DNA of 34,729 nucleotides, from NCBI RefSeq assembly GCF_001194135.2, contig NC_068999.1, positions 44,536,010 through 44,570,738 on the forward strand. The letters are read 5' to 3'. Origin of the DNA: Octopus bimaculoides (Eukaryota). Every line of letters begins with the position of its first letter. Within the stretch, counting starts at the first letter, position 1. A model generated the notes under the pieces. That model was not told the DNA's origin and did no database searches. It saw only the letters and a program-made list of their open reading frames with translations. A program made the translations under genes and the position numbers. Positions 34,600 through 34,729 of this stretch are shown one piece after another.

Positions 34600-34729
34600 G
34601 TTGTGAGCAGGGGAAGAGGAAGGAGAAGGGAGAGAATGGGAAGGGGAGAGGGTCAGGAAAGGGGAGAGAGATTGGGAGGGAGGGAGGGAGGAAGAATGGG
34701 AGAGATCTGGAGAGAGAGTGAGAGTCAAA
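34600..34729. repeat. Polypurine (GGGA/GAGA) low-complexity tract
   Basis: Directly visible; a similar (GAA/GGA)n tract lies at 1-60. Confidence 0.9.

Overview
Eukaryotic, AT-rich, repeat-dense genomic DNA from a draft short-read assembly. About 5.3 kb lies in 12 N-gaps, most of them flanked by (AT)n/(GT)n microsatellites. The mix of tRNA-derived SINE families, compound microsatellites, an RTE-type LINE end and mariner debris matches my recollection of Octopus genomes; this is inference, not a database result. No complete or nameable protein-coding gene is visible, and nearly all long ORFs in the track are microsatellite or N-gap artefacts. Supported content: at least three SINE families (about 20 fragments, including a 198-bp head-to-tail array), two Tc1/mariner-type MITEs, a mariner remnant with an internal inversion, and an RTE LINE 3' end. 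The most notable items are (1) a ~400-bp inverted-repeat element at 7061-7458 whose right arm carries a minimal hammerhead-ribozyme motif of the Penelope-like type, with a decayed antisense copy in the left arm; (2) a decayed minus-strand ORF at ~1960-2575 with an exact 100-codon internal duplication and a hydrophobic C-terminal segment; and (3) a two-exon, in-frame 3' end of an unidentified minus-strand gene at 27238-27505. Other exon candidates are reported at low confidence only.
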